A DNA stretch of 64,000 nucleotides from Vicinamibacterales bacterium. Lineage in GTDB: Bacteria; Acidobacteriota; Vicinamibacteria; Vicinamibacterales; SCN-69-37. Both the position numbers and the translations under genes were made by a program. Shown in pieces: positions 18,795 through 28,350 of the stretch. Under the pieces are notes generated by a model. It was not told the origin of the DNA and did no database searches. It saw only the letters and a program-made list of their open reading frames with translations. Position 1 is the stretch's first letter. Each line of letters opens with the position of its first letter. The stretch is from positions 209 to 64,208 of the forward strand of contig DASZVJ010000140.1 of assembly GCA_035547155.1 (NCBI GenBank), written 5' to 3'.

Positions 18795-21467
18795 TCACGC
18801 CGTCGCGGGATCGATCTTCTCCGGGTTGATCTCGAGGTCCTTGAACGCCTGCTTCACGACCTTCGCGTCGACCTGCTTCTCGCGCAGCAGCGTCGACAGC
18901 GTCGCGGCCGCGACGTAACGGGCGTTGACCTCGAAGTGCTGACGCAGCGACTGACGATCCTCGCTCCGGCCGAATCCATCCGTGCCGAGCGTCGTCGTCG
19001 GACGGCCAATCCAGCGCGAGATCATGTCGGGCTGACTGCGCAGATAGTCGGACGCGGCGACCACGACGCCGTTCGTGCCGGACAGGCAGCTCGTGACGTG
19101 CGCCACCTGAGGCTTTTCGGTCGGGTGCAGCAGATTCCAGCGATCGACGCGATGTGCGTCGCGGTAGAGCTCGTTGTAGCTCGTCGCGCTCCACACGTCG
19201 GCGGCGACGCCGTACTGCTCGAGCAGTGCCTGCGCCTTGACGACCTCGTTGAGGATCGCGCCGCTGCCGATGAGCTGCGCCGCGGCCTTCCCCCTCGTCG
19301 TCGCGTCGCGGAACTTGTAGAGACCTTTGATGATCCCTTCTTCCGCGCCGGCCGGCATCGCGGGCATCTCGTACTGCTCGTTCATGACGGTCAGATAGTA
19401 AAACACCGACTCGCCGTCGCCGTACATCCGATTGATGCCGTCCTTGATGATCGTCGCCAGCTCGAACGCGTACGCCGGATCGTAGGCGCGGCAGCTCGGC
19501 ACGGTCAGCGCGAGCGTGTGGCTGTTGCCGTCCTGATGCTGCAGTCCCTCGCCCGCCAGCGTCGTGCGGCCCGCGGTGCCGCCGAGCAGGAAGCCGCGCG
19601 CGCGCGAGTCGGCGGCGGCCCAGATGAAGTCGCCGACGCGCTGGAAGCCGAACATCGAGTAGTAGATGAAGAACGGGATCATGTTGACGCCGTGCGTCGC
19701 GTACGCGGTGCCGGCGGCAATGAACGACGAGAGCGATCCCGCTTCGGTGATGCCCTCTTCGAGGATCTGTCCGTCCTTGGCTTCCTTGTAATAGAGCAGC
19801 GTGTCCGAGTCGACCGGATCGTAGAGCTGCCCGATGCTCGAGTAGATGCCGACGGCGCGGAACAGCGCCTCCATGCCGAACGTGCGCGCTTCGTCGGGGA
19901 CGATCGGCACGACGAGCTTGCCGATTTCCTTGTCGCGCAGCAGCTTCGCCAGCAGCTTCACGAACACCATCGTCGTCGACGCCTTGCGGCCTTCGGTGCC
20001 CGCGTAGAACTCGTCGAAGACGCCCGGCAGCGCCGGACGCAGCGGCTGGACGGTGACGACGCGCTTGGGAATGGAGCCGCCGAGCGCGGCCCGGCGCTCG
20101 TGCATGTAGCGCGCTTCGGGCGACGACTCGTCTGGACGGAAGAACGGCGCGTCGGCGATGCGATCCTCGGGAATCGGAATCCCGAACCGATCGCGGAAGT
20201 GCCGCAGATCCGTCTCGTTCATCTTCTTCTGCTGGTGGGTGATGTTCTTGCCCTCACCCGCCTCGCCCATGCCGTAGCCCTTGATCGTCCGCGCGAGGAT
20301 GACCGTCGGCTGGCCCTTGTGCAGCACGGCCGCACGATAGGCGTTGTAGACCTTGACGGGATCGTGGCCGCCGAGCCGGAGCTTCTTGAGCTCCTCGTCG
20401 GAGAGATGGCGCACCATCTCGAGCAGCCGCGGATCGGCGCCCCAGAAGTGCTTGCGCAGATACGCGCCGTCCTCGGTGATGTAGCGCTGATATTCGCCGT
20501 CGACGACCTCGCCCATCCGCTTGACGAGCAAGCCTTCAGTGTCGCGCGCGAGGAGATCGTCCCACTCGGATCCCCACAGCACTTTGATCACGTTCCAGCC
20601 CGCGCCGCGGAAGAGTGACTCGAGCTCCTGGACGATCTGGCCATTGCCGCGCACCGGACCGTCGAGCCGCTGCAAATTGCAGTTGACGACGAAGATCAGG
20701 TTGTCGAGCCGCTCGCGCGACGCGAGCGTGATCGCGCCGAGCGTCTCGGGCTCGTCGGTCTCGCCGTCGCCGAGGAATGCCCAGACCTTCTGCTCGGACT
20801 GCGGCTTCAGCCCGCGGTTCTGCAGATACTTGATGAAGCGCGCCTGATAGATCGACGTGAGCGGGCCGATGCCCATCGAGACCGTCGGGTACTCCCAGAA
20901 GTCCGGCATCAGCCAGGGATGCGGATACGACGACAGCCCGCCGCCCTCACGCAGCTCGTGACGGAAGTTGCGCAGATGCTCTTCCGTGAAGCGGCCTTCG
21001 AGGAACGCACGCGCGTAGATGCCGGGCGACGCGTGTCCCTGATAGAACACGACGTCCGCCTCGCTGCCCGCGTCCTTGCCGCGGAAGAAATGATTGAAGC
21101 CGACCTCGTAGAGCGTCGCGGCCGACGCGTACGTCGAGATGTGGCCGCCGATGCCGTCGGACTCGCGATTCGCGCGCACGACCATCGCCAGCGCGTTCCA
21201 GCGCACGAGACTCTTGATGCGGCGCTCGAGCGCGCCGTCTCCCGGCATCGCCACCTGCTCGTGCGGTGCGATCGTGTTGATGTACGGCGTCGACACCGTC
21301 TGCGGCGCGCGCACGCCGGCGAGCCGGGCGCGTGCATGCAGCGCGTCGAACAGACGCGTCACACGCGCCTTGTCGCCCTGCGCGATCACGTAGTCGAGCG
21401 ACTCGAGCCATTCGCGGGTCTCGACGGCTTCGAGGGCCGCGGCATCAGTTGGCGCAAGATTCTTCAT
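18795..21467 (-). CDS. aceE: pyruvate dehydrogenase E1 component, homodimeric type
   Basis: 890 aa, collinear with AceE. Has the ThDP motif region (FLGDGETDEPE...NCNLQRLDGPV). Confidence 0.95.
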   Translation of the reverse strand: MKNLAPTDAAALEAVETREWLESLDYVIAQGDKARVTRLFDALHARARLAGVRAPQTVSTPYINTIAPHEQVAMPGDGALERRIKSLVRWNALAMVVRANRESDGIGGHISTYASAATLYEVGFNHFFRGKDAGSEADVVFYQGHASPGIYARAFLEGRFTEEHLRNFRHELREGGGLSSYPHPWLMPDFWEYPTVSMGIGPLTSIYQARFIKYLQNRGLKPQSEQKVWAFLGDGETDEPETLGAITLASRERLDNLIFVVNCNLQRLDGPVRGNGQIVQELESLFRGAGWNVIKVLWGSEWDDLLARDTEGLLVKRMGEVVDGEYQRYITEDGAYLRKHFWGADPRLLEMVRHLSDEELKKLRLGGHDPVKVYNAYRAAVLHKGQPTVILARTIKGYGMGEAGEGKNITHQQKKMNETDLRHFRDRFGIPIPEDRIADAPFFRPDESSPEARYMHERRAALGGSIPKRVVTVQPLRPALPGVFDEFYAGTEGRKASTTMVFVKLLAKLLRDKEIGKLVVPIVPDEARTFGMEALFRAVGIYSSIGQLYDPVDSDTLLYYKEAKDGQILEEGITEAGSLSSFIAAGTAYATHGVNMIPFFIYYSMFGFQRVGDFIWAAADSRARGFLLGGTAGRTTLAGEGLQHQDGNSHTLALTVPSCRAYDPAYAFELATIIKDGINRMYGDGESVFYYLTVMNEQYEMPAMPAGAEEGIIKGLYKFRDATTRGKAAAQLIGSGAILNEVVKAQALLEQYGVAADVWSATSYNELYRDAHRVDRWNLLHPTEKPQVAHVTSCLSGTNGVVVAASDYLRSQPDMISRWIGRPTTTLGTDGFGRSEDRQSLRQHFEVNARYVAAATLSTLLREKQVDAKVVKQAFKDLEINPEKIDPATA

Positions 21468-21623
21468 GTCGTGTGCTCGTTTCAGAGACCGTCAATAACA
21501 ATTCATTCTACTTCCTTGCACGCGCCGGAAGATACACAGGACGCGCAGGAAGTGTGCAGAATGACCAGTACGCATGGCCGCCATCTTGCGGCCAGATGAT
21601 CGTCGACGAGAGGATGACGCCGC

Positions 21624-23231
21624 GTGACACTCGACTCCCGTATCCGCCGCTTCGCGCCAGCCGCGATCGCCGCCGACATGTCGTCGTTACCGCCACAGGA
21701 TCGGACGGCGCTCCGTCATCTGATTCGCGCGGCACGGCGCATCGACGGCCTGTTCCTCGAACAGGTGTGGGCCGGCAATCCCGCGCTGCTGCTCGCCCTG
21801 GCGAGTGACGATTCGCCGACATCACGATCGGAGCTGCGGTACTTCCTCATGAACAAAGGGCCGTGGTCGCGGCTCGACGATCACGACATCTTCGTTGGAC
21901 CGCGCTTCGCCGTGCCGCCGAAGCCGCGGCAGGCGAATTTCTATCCCGTGGACGCGACGCGTGACGAAGTCGACACGTGGCTGGCGTCGCTCGCGCCGGA
22001 CGAACGAACGGCCGCCACGGGCTTCTTCTCCATCATCCGGCGGCGCGCCGACGGCCAGTTGAAGGCGGTGCCGTACAGCGTCGCGTACCGGCCGCAGCTG
22101 GTCGACCTCGCCGAAGATCTGCGGCAGGCGGCCGCCGCGACGACGTCCACGTCGCTCCGCGCCTTTCTCAACGCACGCGCCGACGCATTCCTGACCAACG
22201 ACTACTATGCGAGCGACCTCGCGTGGATGCAGATCGACGCGGCCATCGAGCCGACGATCGGGCCGTATGAGACGTACGAAGACGAGTGGTTCGGCTACAA
22301 GGCCGCGTTCGAAGCGTTCATCGCGATCCGAGACGACGAGGAGACGCGCAAGCTGGCGACGTTCGGATCCCACCTGCAGGACATCGAGCTCGCGCTGCCG
22401 ATCGACGCGCGCTATCGCAACCCCGCGCTCGGTGCTCTCGCGCCCATCCGCGTCGTCAATCTGATCTTCTCCGCCGGCGACGGCAATCGCGGCGTGCAGA
22501 CGGCGGCGTTCAATCTGCCGAACGACGAGCGCATCATCCGCGAGCAGGGCGCCAAGCGCGTGATGCTCAAGAACGTGCAGGAGGCGAAGTTCAATCAGGT
22601 GCTGCGTCCGATCGCGCGCATCGCGCTCGGTCCGGCCGATCGCGAGCGCGTGTCGTTCGACGCCTTCTTCGCGCACATCCTGCTGCACGAGCTGATGCAC
22701 GGTCTCGGCCCGCATCAAGTCGCGGCGACCGGACAGCCCGTGCGGCTCGCGCTCAAAGACACGTACGCGGCAATCGAAGAAGCGAAGGCGGACAGCTCGG
22801 GACTGTGGGCGCTGCAGTATCTCGCGGACAGGGGCGTCGTGCCCGCGGCGATCGCGCAGTCGATGTATTACACGTATCTCGCCGGCGCGTTCCGCTCGCT
22901 GCGATTCGGCATCGGCGAAGCGCACGGCCGCGGAATGGCGCTGCAGCTCAACAGCCTCCTCGACGCGCGCGCCGTCGTTGTCCACGCTGACGGCACATTC
23001 GGTGTCGACGAGACACGCGTCCGCGCCGCGGTCGCCGACCTCACGAGCCGCATCATGACGATGCAGGCCGAGGGCAATTACGGCGCGGCGCAGACGATGA
23101 TCGCGTCGCTGGGAACGCTGCGGCCAGAGGTGCAACGCGTGCTCGATCGGTTGGATGACATCCCCGTCGACATCGCGCCGGATTTCCAGACGGCGAAGGA
23201 GTTGGAGGAGGAGCGGGATCGCCGGGTCTGA
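21624..23231 (+). CDS. zinc metallopeptidase, dipeptidyl-peptidase III (M49)-like
   Basis: GTG start. HELMHGLGPH plus a downstream EEAKAD, which resembles the M49 HExxxH...EExxA(E/D) zinc site. About 535 aa. Confidence 0.5.
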   Translation: MTLDSRIRRFAPAAIAADMSSLPPQDRTALRHLIRAARRIDGLFLEQVWAGNPALLLALASDDSPTSRSELRYFLMNKGPWSRLDDHDIFVGPRFAVPPKPRQANFYPVDATRDEVDTWLASLAPDERTAATGFFSIIRRRADGQLKAVPYSVAYRPQLVDLAEDLRQAAAATTSTSLRAFLNARADAFLTNDYYASDLAWMQIDAAIEPTIGPYETYEDEWFGYKAAFEAFIAIRDDEETRKLATFGSHLQDIELALPIDARYRNPALGALAPIRVVNLIFSAGDGNRGVQTAAFNLPNDERIIREQGAKRVMLKNVQEAKFNQVLRPIARIALGPADRERVSFDAFFAHILLHELMHGLGPHQVAATGQPVRLALKDTYAAIEEAKADSSGLWALQYLADRGVVPAAIAQSMYYTYLAGAFRSLRFGIGEAHGRGMALQLNSLLDARAVVVHADGTFGVDETRVRAAVADLTSRIMTMQAEGNYGAAQTMIASLGTLRPEVQRVLDRLDDIPVDIAPDFQTAKELEEERDRRV

Positions 23232-23308
23232 AGACCCGGCCGATATCCGACCTACGGACGGACGCGGCTGTTGCCGCGTCATCGGCCGACCACAAGGGTC
23301 GCCCCTAC
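23221..23308 (+). repeat. GC-rich bipartite palindromic (REP-like) element, copy 2
   Basis: gccgggtct-ga-agacccggc (23221-23240), an extra perfect hairpin gacgcggc-tgtt-gccgcgtc (23261-23280), then ggccgaccacaagggtcgcccctac (23284-23308). The CTA of CCCCTAC (23305-23307) is the TAG stop of the minus-strand GDPD gene. Confidence 0.8.
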
Positions 23309-24108
23309 GATTGGTGCGCCCGCGCCACCCGCACCGCCACGTCGGGTCGATCGCTGATGAGGCCGGTGACGCCCCAATCCAGCAGCATCCGCATCTCGTC
23401 CGCCTCGTCGACGACCCAGACCTGTACCGGCACGTCCGCGCGTCTCGCCGCACGGACGAACGTGCGGGTCAACACGCGTCGGCCGCGAAAACGCATCGGC
23501 ACCTGAAAGACGTCGAAGCCCGTGCGCTTCGGCCGGCAGTTCAGCCACGACCGGCGCAGCGCCGAGCGCACTTCCGGCAGCGACGCCGACGTCGTGATCC
23601 CATCCCGCCGGTCGCGCGCGGCCTGCAGCACCGCACCGCTGAAGCCGCCGACGATGACGCGATCGAACGCGTCGGCCTTGCCGATCGCGTCGAGCACGAC
23701 TGGCACGTCCTCCGCGCGATCGCCTTTGATCTCGACGATGAACGGCACGTCCGGCCATTGCGTGAGCGCGTCGACGAGACGCGGAACGCCGATACCGCGG
23801 CCGCGATGCGGAAAGCCCTGATCGGCGCCGAAGTGCCAGCCCGCGTCCACGCGCTCGAGCGCACTCGCCGTCAACGCCGCCACCGGTCCAGACGCGTTCG
23901 TCGTGCGCTCGAGCATCTCGTCGTGCACGATGACGACTTCCCGATCGTGCGACAGGCGCACGTCGCACTCGATCGCGTCGACGCCGCACGCGACGGCGTG
24001 GGCGAAGGCTTCCAACGTGTTCTCCGGCCGCAGTTTGCCGCCGCCGCGATGGGCAATGGCGGCGGGCGCCGTGAGCGACAGGAGCGGGACGAGACGGGAT
24101 GCGGGCAT
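23305..24108 (-). CDS. glycerophosphodiester phosphodiesterase family protein
   Basis: GDPD motifs IAHRGG..ENTLEAF, GVDAIECDVRLSHDREVVIVHD and VWVVDE. Start set to ATG 24108 (MPASRLVPLL). Confidence 0.8.
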   Translation of the reverse strand: MPASRLVPLLSLTAPAAIAHRGGGKLRPENTLEAFAHAVACGVDAIECDVRLSHDREVVIVHDEMLERTTNASGPVAALTASALERVDAGWHFGADQGFPHRGRGIGVPRLVDALTQWPDVPFIVEIKGDRAEDVPVVLDAIGKADAFDRVIVGGFSGAVLQAARDRRDGITTSASLPEVRSALRRSWLNCRPKRTGFDVFQVPMRFRGRRVLTRTFVRAARRADVPVQVWVVDEADEMRMLLDWGVTGLISDRPDVAVRVARAHQS

Positions 24109-24149
24109 GAACGCAGCGCCGAACGCGAGCCGGCGCGTTACTATGCAGT

Positions 24150-25673
24150 ATGACGCTACCATCTTCACTGGGCGCGCTGCGGACCGCCGTCGCGGGCGGG
24201 CGCGTGCCTCACCGGGCCGTCAAGGACGAGCTCCGCGACAACCTCATCGCTCAGCTGCGCGCCGGCCGTACGCTATTTCCCGGCATCGTCGGCTACGACG
24301 ACACGGTCGTGCCGCAAGTCGTCAACGCGCTGCTTTCACGTCACAATTTCATCCTGCTCGGCTTGCGCGGCCAGGCGAAGACGCGCCTGCTGCGCGCGCT
24401 CGCCACGCTGCTCGATCCGGAAATTCCGGTCGTGCCCGGCTGCGAGATTCACGATGATCCGCTGACGCCGCTGTGCGCCGCGTGCCGCGCGAAGATCGCG
24501 CGCGAAGGCGACGATCTCGAGATCGGCTGGCTGTCGCGCGAGGATCGCTACATCGAGAAGCTCGCGACGCCGGACGTGACGATTGCGGATCTGATCGGCG
24601 ACGTCGATCCGATCAAAGCCGCGCGCGCTGGACGCGAGCTCGGCGACGAGCTGACGATGCACTATGGGCTGCTGCCGCGTGCGAACCGCGGCATCTTCGC
24701 CGTCAACGAGCTGCCGGATCTCGCGAGCAAGGTGCAGGTGGGCTTGTTCAACATCCTGCAGGAGGGCGACGTCCAGATCAAAGGCTATCCGGTGCGTTTG
24801 CGGCTCGACGTGCTGCTCGTCTTCAGCGCGAACCCGGAAGACTACACGGCGCGCGGCAAGATCATCACGCCGCTGAAGGATCGCATCGGATCGGAGATTC
24901 GCACGCACTATCCACGATCGCGTCAGGAGGCGCTGGCCATCACCGCGCAGGAAGCGTGGACGGATCGCGCGTCCGGCGATCACGGCCTGCCCGTCGTCGT
25001 GCCGGACTTCGTGCGCGAGATCGTCGAGGAGATCGCGTTCCATGCGCGCGCGGATCAGAAAGTCGATCGCCGGTCCGGCGTCAGTCAGCGCCTGCCCATC
25101 ACCGCGCTCGAGAACGTCGTCTCCAACGCCGAGCGTCGCGCGATCGCCAACGGCGAGCCGATCGCGGTGCCGCGCGTGAGCGACATCTACGCGTCGCTGC
25201 CGTCGCTCACCGGCAAGATCGAGCTCGAGTACGAAGGTGAGCTGAAGGGCGCCGAGCACGTCGCGCGTGAGCTCGTGCGGCAGGCGGTCGCAACCGTGTT
25301 CGACGGACATGCGACGCAGGTCGACGCGCGCCCCGTCATCGAGTGGTTCGAGGACGGCGGCACGCTCGAGCTGTCCGATACGGCGCCGGCCGCGACGCTG
25401 CTCGAGCGCGTCGAGCCGATCAAAGGGCTGACGCGCGCGATGTCAGCGCTGGGCGTCAAAGAGAAAGCGCCGTCCGAGCCGCTGCGCGCAGCGCTTGCGG
25501 ATTTCGTGCTCGAAGGTCTCTGCGCGCTCCGGAAGATCACGCGCACCGACGAAGGACGGCTGCTCGGCACGCCATCTGCCGGCCGCGCCAAGAGCACGGA
25601 GACGCGTCATCTCGAGCAGCTGATGGAAGACGACGAGCCGGCGGTCAAGGGCAAGAAGAAGTACTACAACTGA
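24150..25673 (+). CDS. Mg-chelatase subunit I (ChlI/BchI)-like AAA+ protein with non-canonical Walker motifs
   Basis: The N-terminal half is collinear with ChlI ([20 protein letters not shown]...[21 protein letters not shown]; [14 protein letters not shown]...FNILQEG). The P-loop reads GLRGQAKT and Walker B reads FAVNE. The C-terminal roughly 200 aa are unassigned. Confidence 0.75.
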   Translation: MTLPSSLGALRTAVAGGRVPHRAVKDELRDNLIAQLRAGRTLFPGIVGYDDTVVPQVVNALLSRHNFILLGLRGQAKTRLLRALATLLDPEIPVVPGCEIHDDPLTPLCAACRAKIAREGDDLEIGWLSREDRYIEKLATPDVTIADLIGDVDPIKAARAGRELGDELTMHYGLLPRANRGIFAVNELPDLASKVQVGLFNILQEGDVQIKGYPVRLRLDVLLVFSANPEDYTARGKIITPLKDRIGSEIRTHYPRSRQEALAITAQEAWTDRASGDHGLPVVVPDFVREIVEEIAFHARADQKVDRRSGVSQRLPITALENVVSNAERRAIANGEPIAVPRVSDIYASLPSLTGKIELEYEGELKGAEHVARELVRQAVATVFDGHATQVDARPVIEWFEDGGTLELSDTAPAATLLERVEPIKGLTRAMSALGVKEKAPSEPLRAALADFVLEGLCALRKITRTDEGRLLGTPSAGRAKSTETRHLEQLMEDDEPAVKGKKKYYN

Positions 25674-25688
25674 CGCGAGGCGACGCCT

Positions 25689-26978
25689 ATGAAATACCGG
25701 TACTCGCGATTCGTCGCCGACGCGCTCGATGGCCTCGACTTCGATTCGCTGCTCTCGCAGCTCTCCGACTTGCTCTTGTCCAGCGGGTTCAACAACCCGT
25801 GGGATCCGCAGAGCGACGACGACCGCACGTGGCAGGCGCTGCACGACGCGATCCTCGACGCGCTGCTCAACGGAGGCGCGTTGTCGGAAGAGATGCTCGA
25901 CCGTCTCACGTCTGGGGAAGACGACCAGCCCGGCCGCGATGGCGAGGACGCGCGCACCGGCAAGCGCGACCAGATCGAAGAGCTCGTCCAGCGCATCATC
26001 GAACGGCTGACCGAGCAGGGATATGTGAGCGTGACGGGCCGGCCGGAATCGCGTCAGCCGACGGACGCGGCAGGCGGGCAAGGCGGCAACGGCGAGGCCC
26101 GCTTCGAGGTCACGGACAAGGCCATCGACTTTCTCGGCTATCGCGCGCTGCGCGATCTGCTGGGCTCACTGGGCCGCAGCAGCGTCGGCCGTCACGACAC
26201 GCGCGAGCTGGCGACCGGCGTCGAGGCCGGCGGGCCGCCGCGTCAGTACGAGTTCGGCGACACGATGAATCTCGATGCATCGGCGACCGTGATGAACGCC
26301 GTCACGCGATCGATGCGCGCCGGCGGCTCGGGCACGGGCGGCGGCGTCGACGTCGGCTACGAGGACCTGATGATCACGCAGGGCGACTATCAAAGCTCCT
26401 GCGCGACGGTCATCCTGCTCGACTGCAGCCACAGCATGGTGCTGTACGGCGAAGATCGCTTCACGCCCGCGAAGCGGGTCGCGCTCGCGCTTTCGAATCT
26501 GATTCGCCATCAATATCCGGGCGACGCGCTGAACGTCGTGCTCTTCCACGACTCGGCGGAGGAAGTGCCGCTGGGCCAGCTCGGCCGCGTGCGCGTCGGG
26601 CCGTACTACACGAACACGCGCGAAGGCCTTCGCATGGCGCGCCGCGTGCTCGATCGCCAGCGGAAGGACATGCGGCAGATCATCATGATCACCGACGGCA
26701 AGCCGTCGGCGGTCACGCGGCCGGACGGCCGCATCTACCGCAACGCGTTCGGCCTCGATCCGTTCGTGCTGCGCGAGACGTTCGCCGAAGTTGCCGCGTG
26801 CCGGCGCTCGGGCATCATGATCAACACGTTCATGCTCGCGCGCGACTACGATCTGGTCGCCTTCGTCCGCCGCGTCGCGCAGATCTGCCACGGCAAGGCG
26901 TACTTCACGACGCCTCACACGCTCGGGCAATACGTGCTGCAGGACTATCTGACCAAGAAGACGCGGACGGTGCACTGA
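25689..26978 (+). CDS. VWA-domain protein (ChlD C-terminal-like / CoxE-like), acidic N-terminal region
   Basis: MIDAS start VILLDCSHSM, with a later MITDGKPS. Acidic stretch SGEDDQPGRDGEDARTGKRDQIEE. Lies 15 nt downstream of the AAA+ gene. Confidence 0.75.
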   Translation: MKYRYSRFVADALDGLDFDSLLSQLSDLLLSSGFNNPWDPQSDDDRTWQALHDAILDALLNGGALSEEMLDRLTSGEDDQPGRDGEDARTGKRDQIEELVQRIIERLTEQGYVSVTGRPESRQPTDAAGGQGGNGEARFEVTDKAIDFLGYRALRDLLGSLGRSSVGRHDTRELATGVEAGGPPRQYEFGDTMNLDASATVMNAVTRSMRAGGSGTGGGVDVGYEDLMITQGDYQSSCATVILLDCSHSMVLYGEDRFTPAKRVALALSNLIRHQYPGDALNVVLFHDSAEEVPLGQLGRVRVGPYYTNTREGLRMARRVLDRQRKDMRQIIMITDGKPSAVTRPDGRIYRNAFGLDPFVLRETFAEVAACRRSGIMINTFMLARDYDLVAFVRRVAQICHGKAYFTTPHTLGQYVLQDYLTKKTRTVH

Positions 26979-26979
26979 G

Positions 26980-27040
26980 GAGGGCTTCGGGCTCGGGGCT
27001 TGAGGGCGATCTCTTCGGACTTCGCCAGCCTCGAGCCGTC
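26980..27040. repeat. GGGCTT-type short-unit array with a partial inverted partner, between convergent stops
   Basis: gggcttcg ggctcgg ggcttga gggcg ... gccagcctcgagcc. Confidence 0.55.
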
Positions 27041-27041
27041 C

Positions 27042-27665
27042 CTACTTCCCCGCCGGTTTGTACTCCAGGCGGATGTTGCTGACGATCGCGACCGGACGAC
27101 CAGGCGTCTCGAAGACTTCGTCGCCGCCGGCGCGTGTCAGCGTCTGCAGGCGTGAGCCGACGATGCCCACCTGCGAAATGCCCGCGGGGATCGTGAAGCG
27201 GATCGGCTCCGCTTCGCCGGGCGCGACGCCCTTCACACCGCCGGGCCGGCCACCGCCGGTGATCTGATCGAAGAGATCTTCGGGCCGCCGGAACTCGCGC
27301 ACGACCGCGGCGCGATTGAGCACGTCGCCATTCGCCTTGACGAGACTGACGATCGCCTCGTGGCGCGCGAACGACAGCGCCGTTCCGACATTGATGGCGG
27401 GCAGCGGAAAGCGATTGTGCAGATCGAACAGCAGCGTCGCCGTGCCGGTGTGCGCGGGAATCGTGATCGCGACGCTGTCTTTCGGCAGCGTCGCGATGAT
27501 CACGTCACAGAACTCGCGCTTGCTCTTGAGCCCCATGCCCAGACTGGCGGCACAGGTCTTCGCCGTGCTGACGCGCGTGCCCGGCGTGCGTCCACCGGCG
27601 CGCTGTGCGGACGCGCTCGTCCACAGCAGACAACACACGGCTGCGGCAACAACGGCATGACGCAT
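27042..27665 (-). CDS. exported hypothetical protein
   Basis: Start set to ATG 27665 (MRHAVVAAAVCCLLWTSASAQ, a signal peptide). No family recognised. Confidence 0.5.
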   Translation of the reverse strand: MRHAVVAAAVCCLLWTSASAQRAGGRTPGTRVSTAKTCAASLGMGLKSKREFCDVIIATLPKDSVAITIPAHTGTATLLFDLHNRFPLPAINVGTALSFARHEAIVSLVKANGDVLNRAAVVREFRRPEDLFDQITGGGRPGGVKGVAPGEAEPIRFTIPAGISQVGIVGSRLQTLTRAGGDEVFETPGRPVAIVSNIRLEYKPAGK

Positions 27666-27712
27666 GAGCACGTTCGAGTATATCGAAGCGCCGCAGCGAT
27701 CCCCAGCGCGGA

Positions 27713-28315
27713 TCAGTCGGCGCTCATGCATCCGGCGCCGGGACCGCCGTTCCACGTGAGACCGCCGCGCTGACGTCCCTGAATCAGCTCGAGGAACTCA
27801 TGGCGCGTGCGCGCGTCGTGGTGGAACACGCCCAGCATCGCGCTCGTCGTCGTCACCGAATTCTGCTTCTCGACGCCGCGCATGGCCATACAGAGGTGCG
27901 TGGCCTCCATCACGACGGCGACGCCGAGCGGCGCGATGCGATCCTGAATCGTGTTCGCGATCTGCGACGTGAGCCGCTCCTGGACCTGCAGCCGCCGCGC
28001 GAACGCGTCGACGATGCGCGGGACCTTGCTGAGCCCGATGACCTTGCCGTCGGGGATGTACGCGACGTGACACTTGCCGAAGAACGGCAGCAGGTGATGC
28101 TCGCAGAGGCTGTAGAAATCGATGTCGCGCACGATCACCATCTCGTTGTAGGCGACCGTGAAGAGCGCGTCGTTGATGATCGCGTCGAGATCCGCGTGAT
28201 AGCCGCTCGTCAGGAACTCGAGGGATTGCGCAACGCGCCGTGGCGTGCTGACCAGGCCCTCGCGGGTGGGATCTTCACCGAGCGCCTCCAGAAGCTGCCG
28301 AACCAGATCCTGCAT
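27713..28315 (-). CDS. folE: GTP cyclohydrolase I
   Basis: [45 protein letters not shown] and [11 protein letters not shown] are all classical FolE blocks. Start set to ATG 28315 (MQDLVRQ); the upstream part of the 340-aa ORF is an Arg-rich artefact. Confidence 0.92.
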   Translation of the reverse strand: MQDLVRQLLEALGEDPTREGLVSTPRRVAQSLEFLTSGYHADLDAIINDALFTVAYNEMVIVRDIDFYSLCEHHLLPFFGKCHVAYIPDGKVIGLSKVPRIVDAFARRLQVQERLTSQIANTIQDRIAPLGVAVVMEATHLCMAMRGVEKQNSVTTTSAMLGVFHHDARTRHEFLELIQGRQRGGLTWNGGPGAGCMSAD

Positions 28316-28350
28316 CCGGTGATTGTACCGGAGGCGCGCGGTCGACGCGG

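Noticed and set aside
17493-20618. 1041-aa ORF on the + strand
   Set aside because: It is antisense to the unmistakable aceF and aceE genes. Its Arg/Asp/Leu/His-rich composition is typical of shadow frames in GC-rich DNA, and it has no recognisable motif.
21468-21623. Promoters in the aceE / M49-peptidase divergent spacer (a TAGAAT and a TTGACG on the aceE strand)
   Set aside because: Neither hexamer has a partner at 16-18 nt spacing, so no promoter is called.
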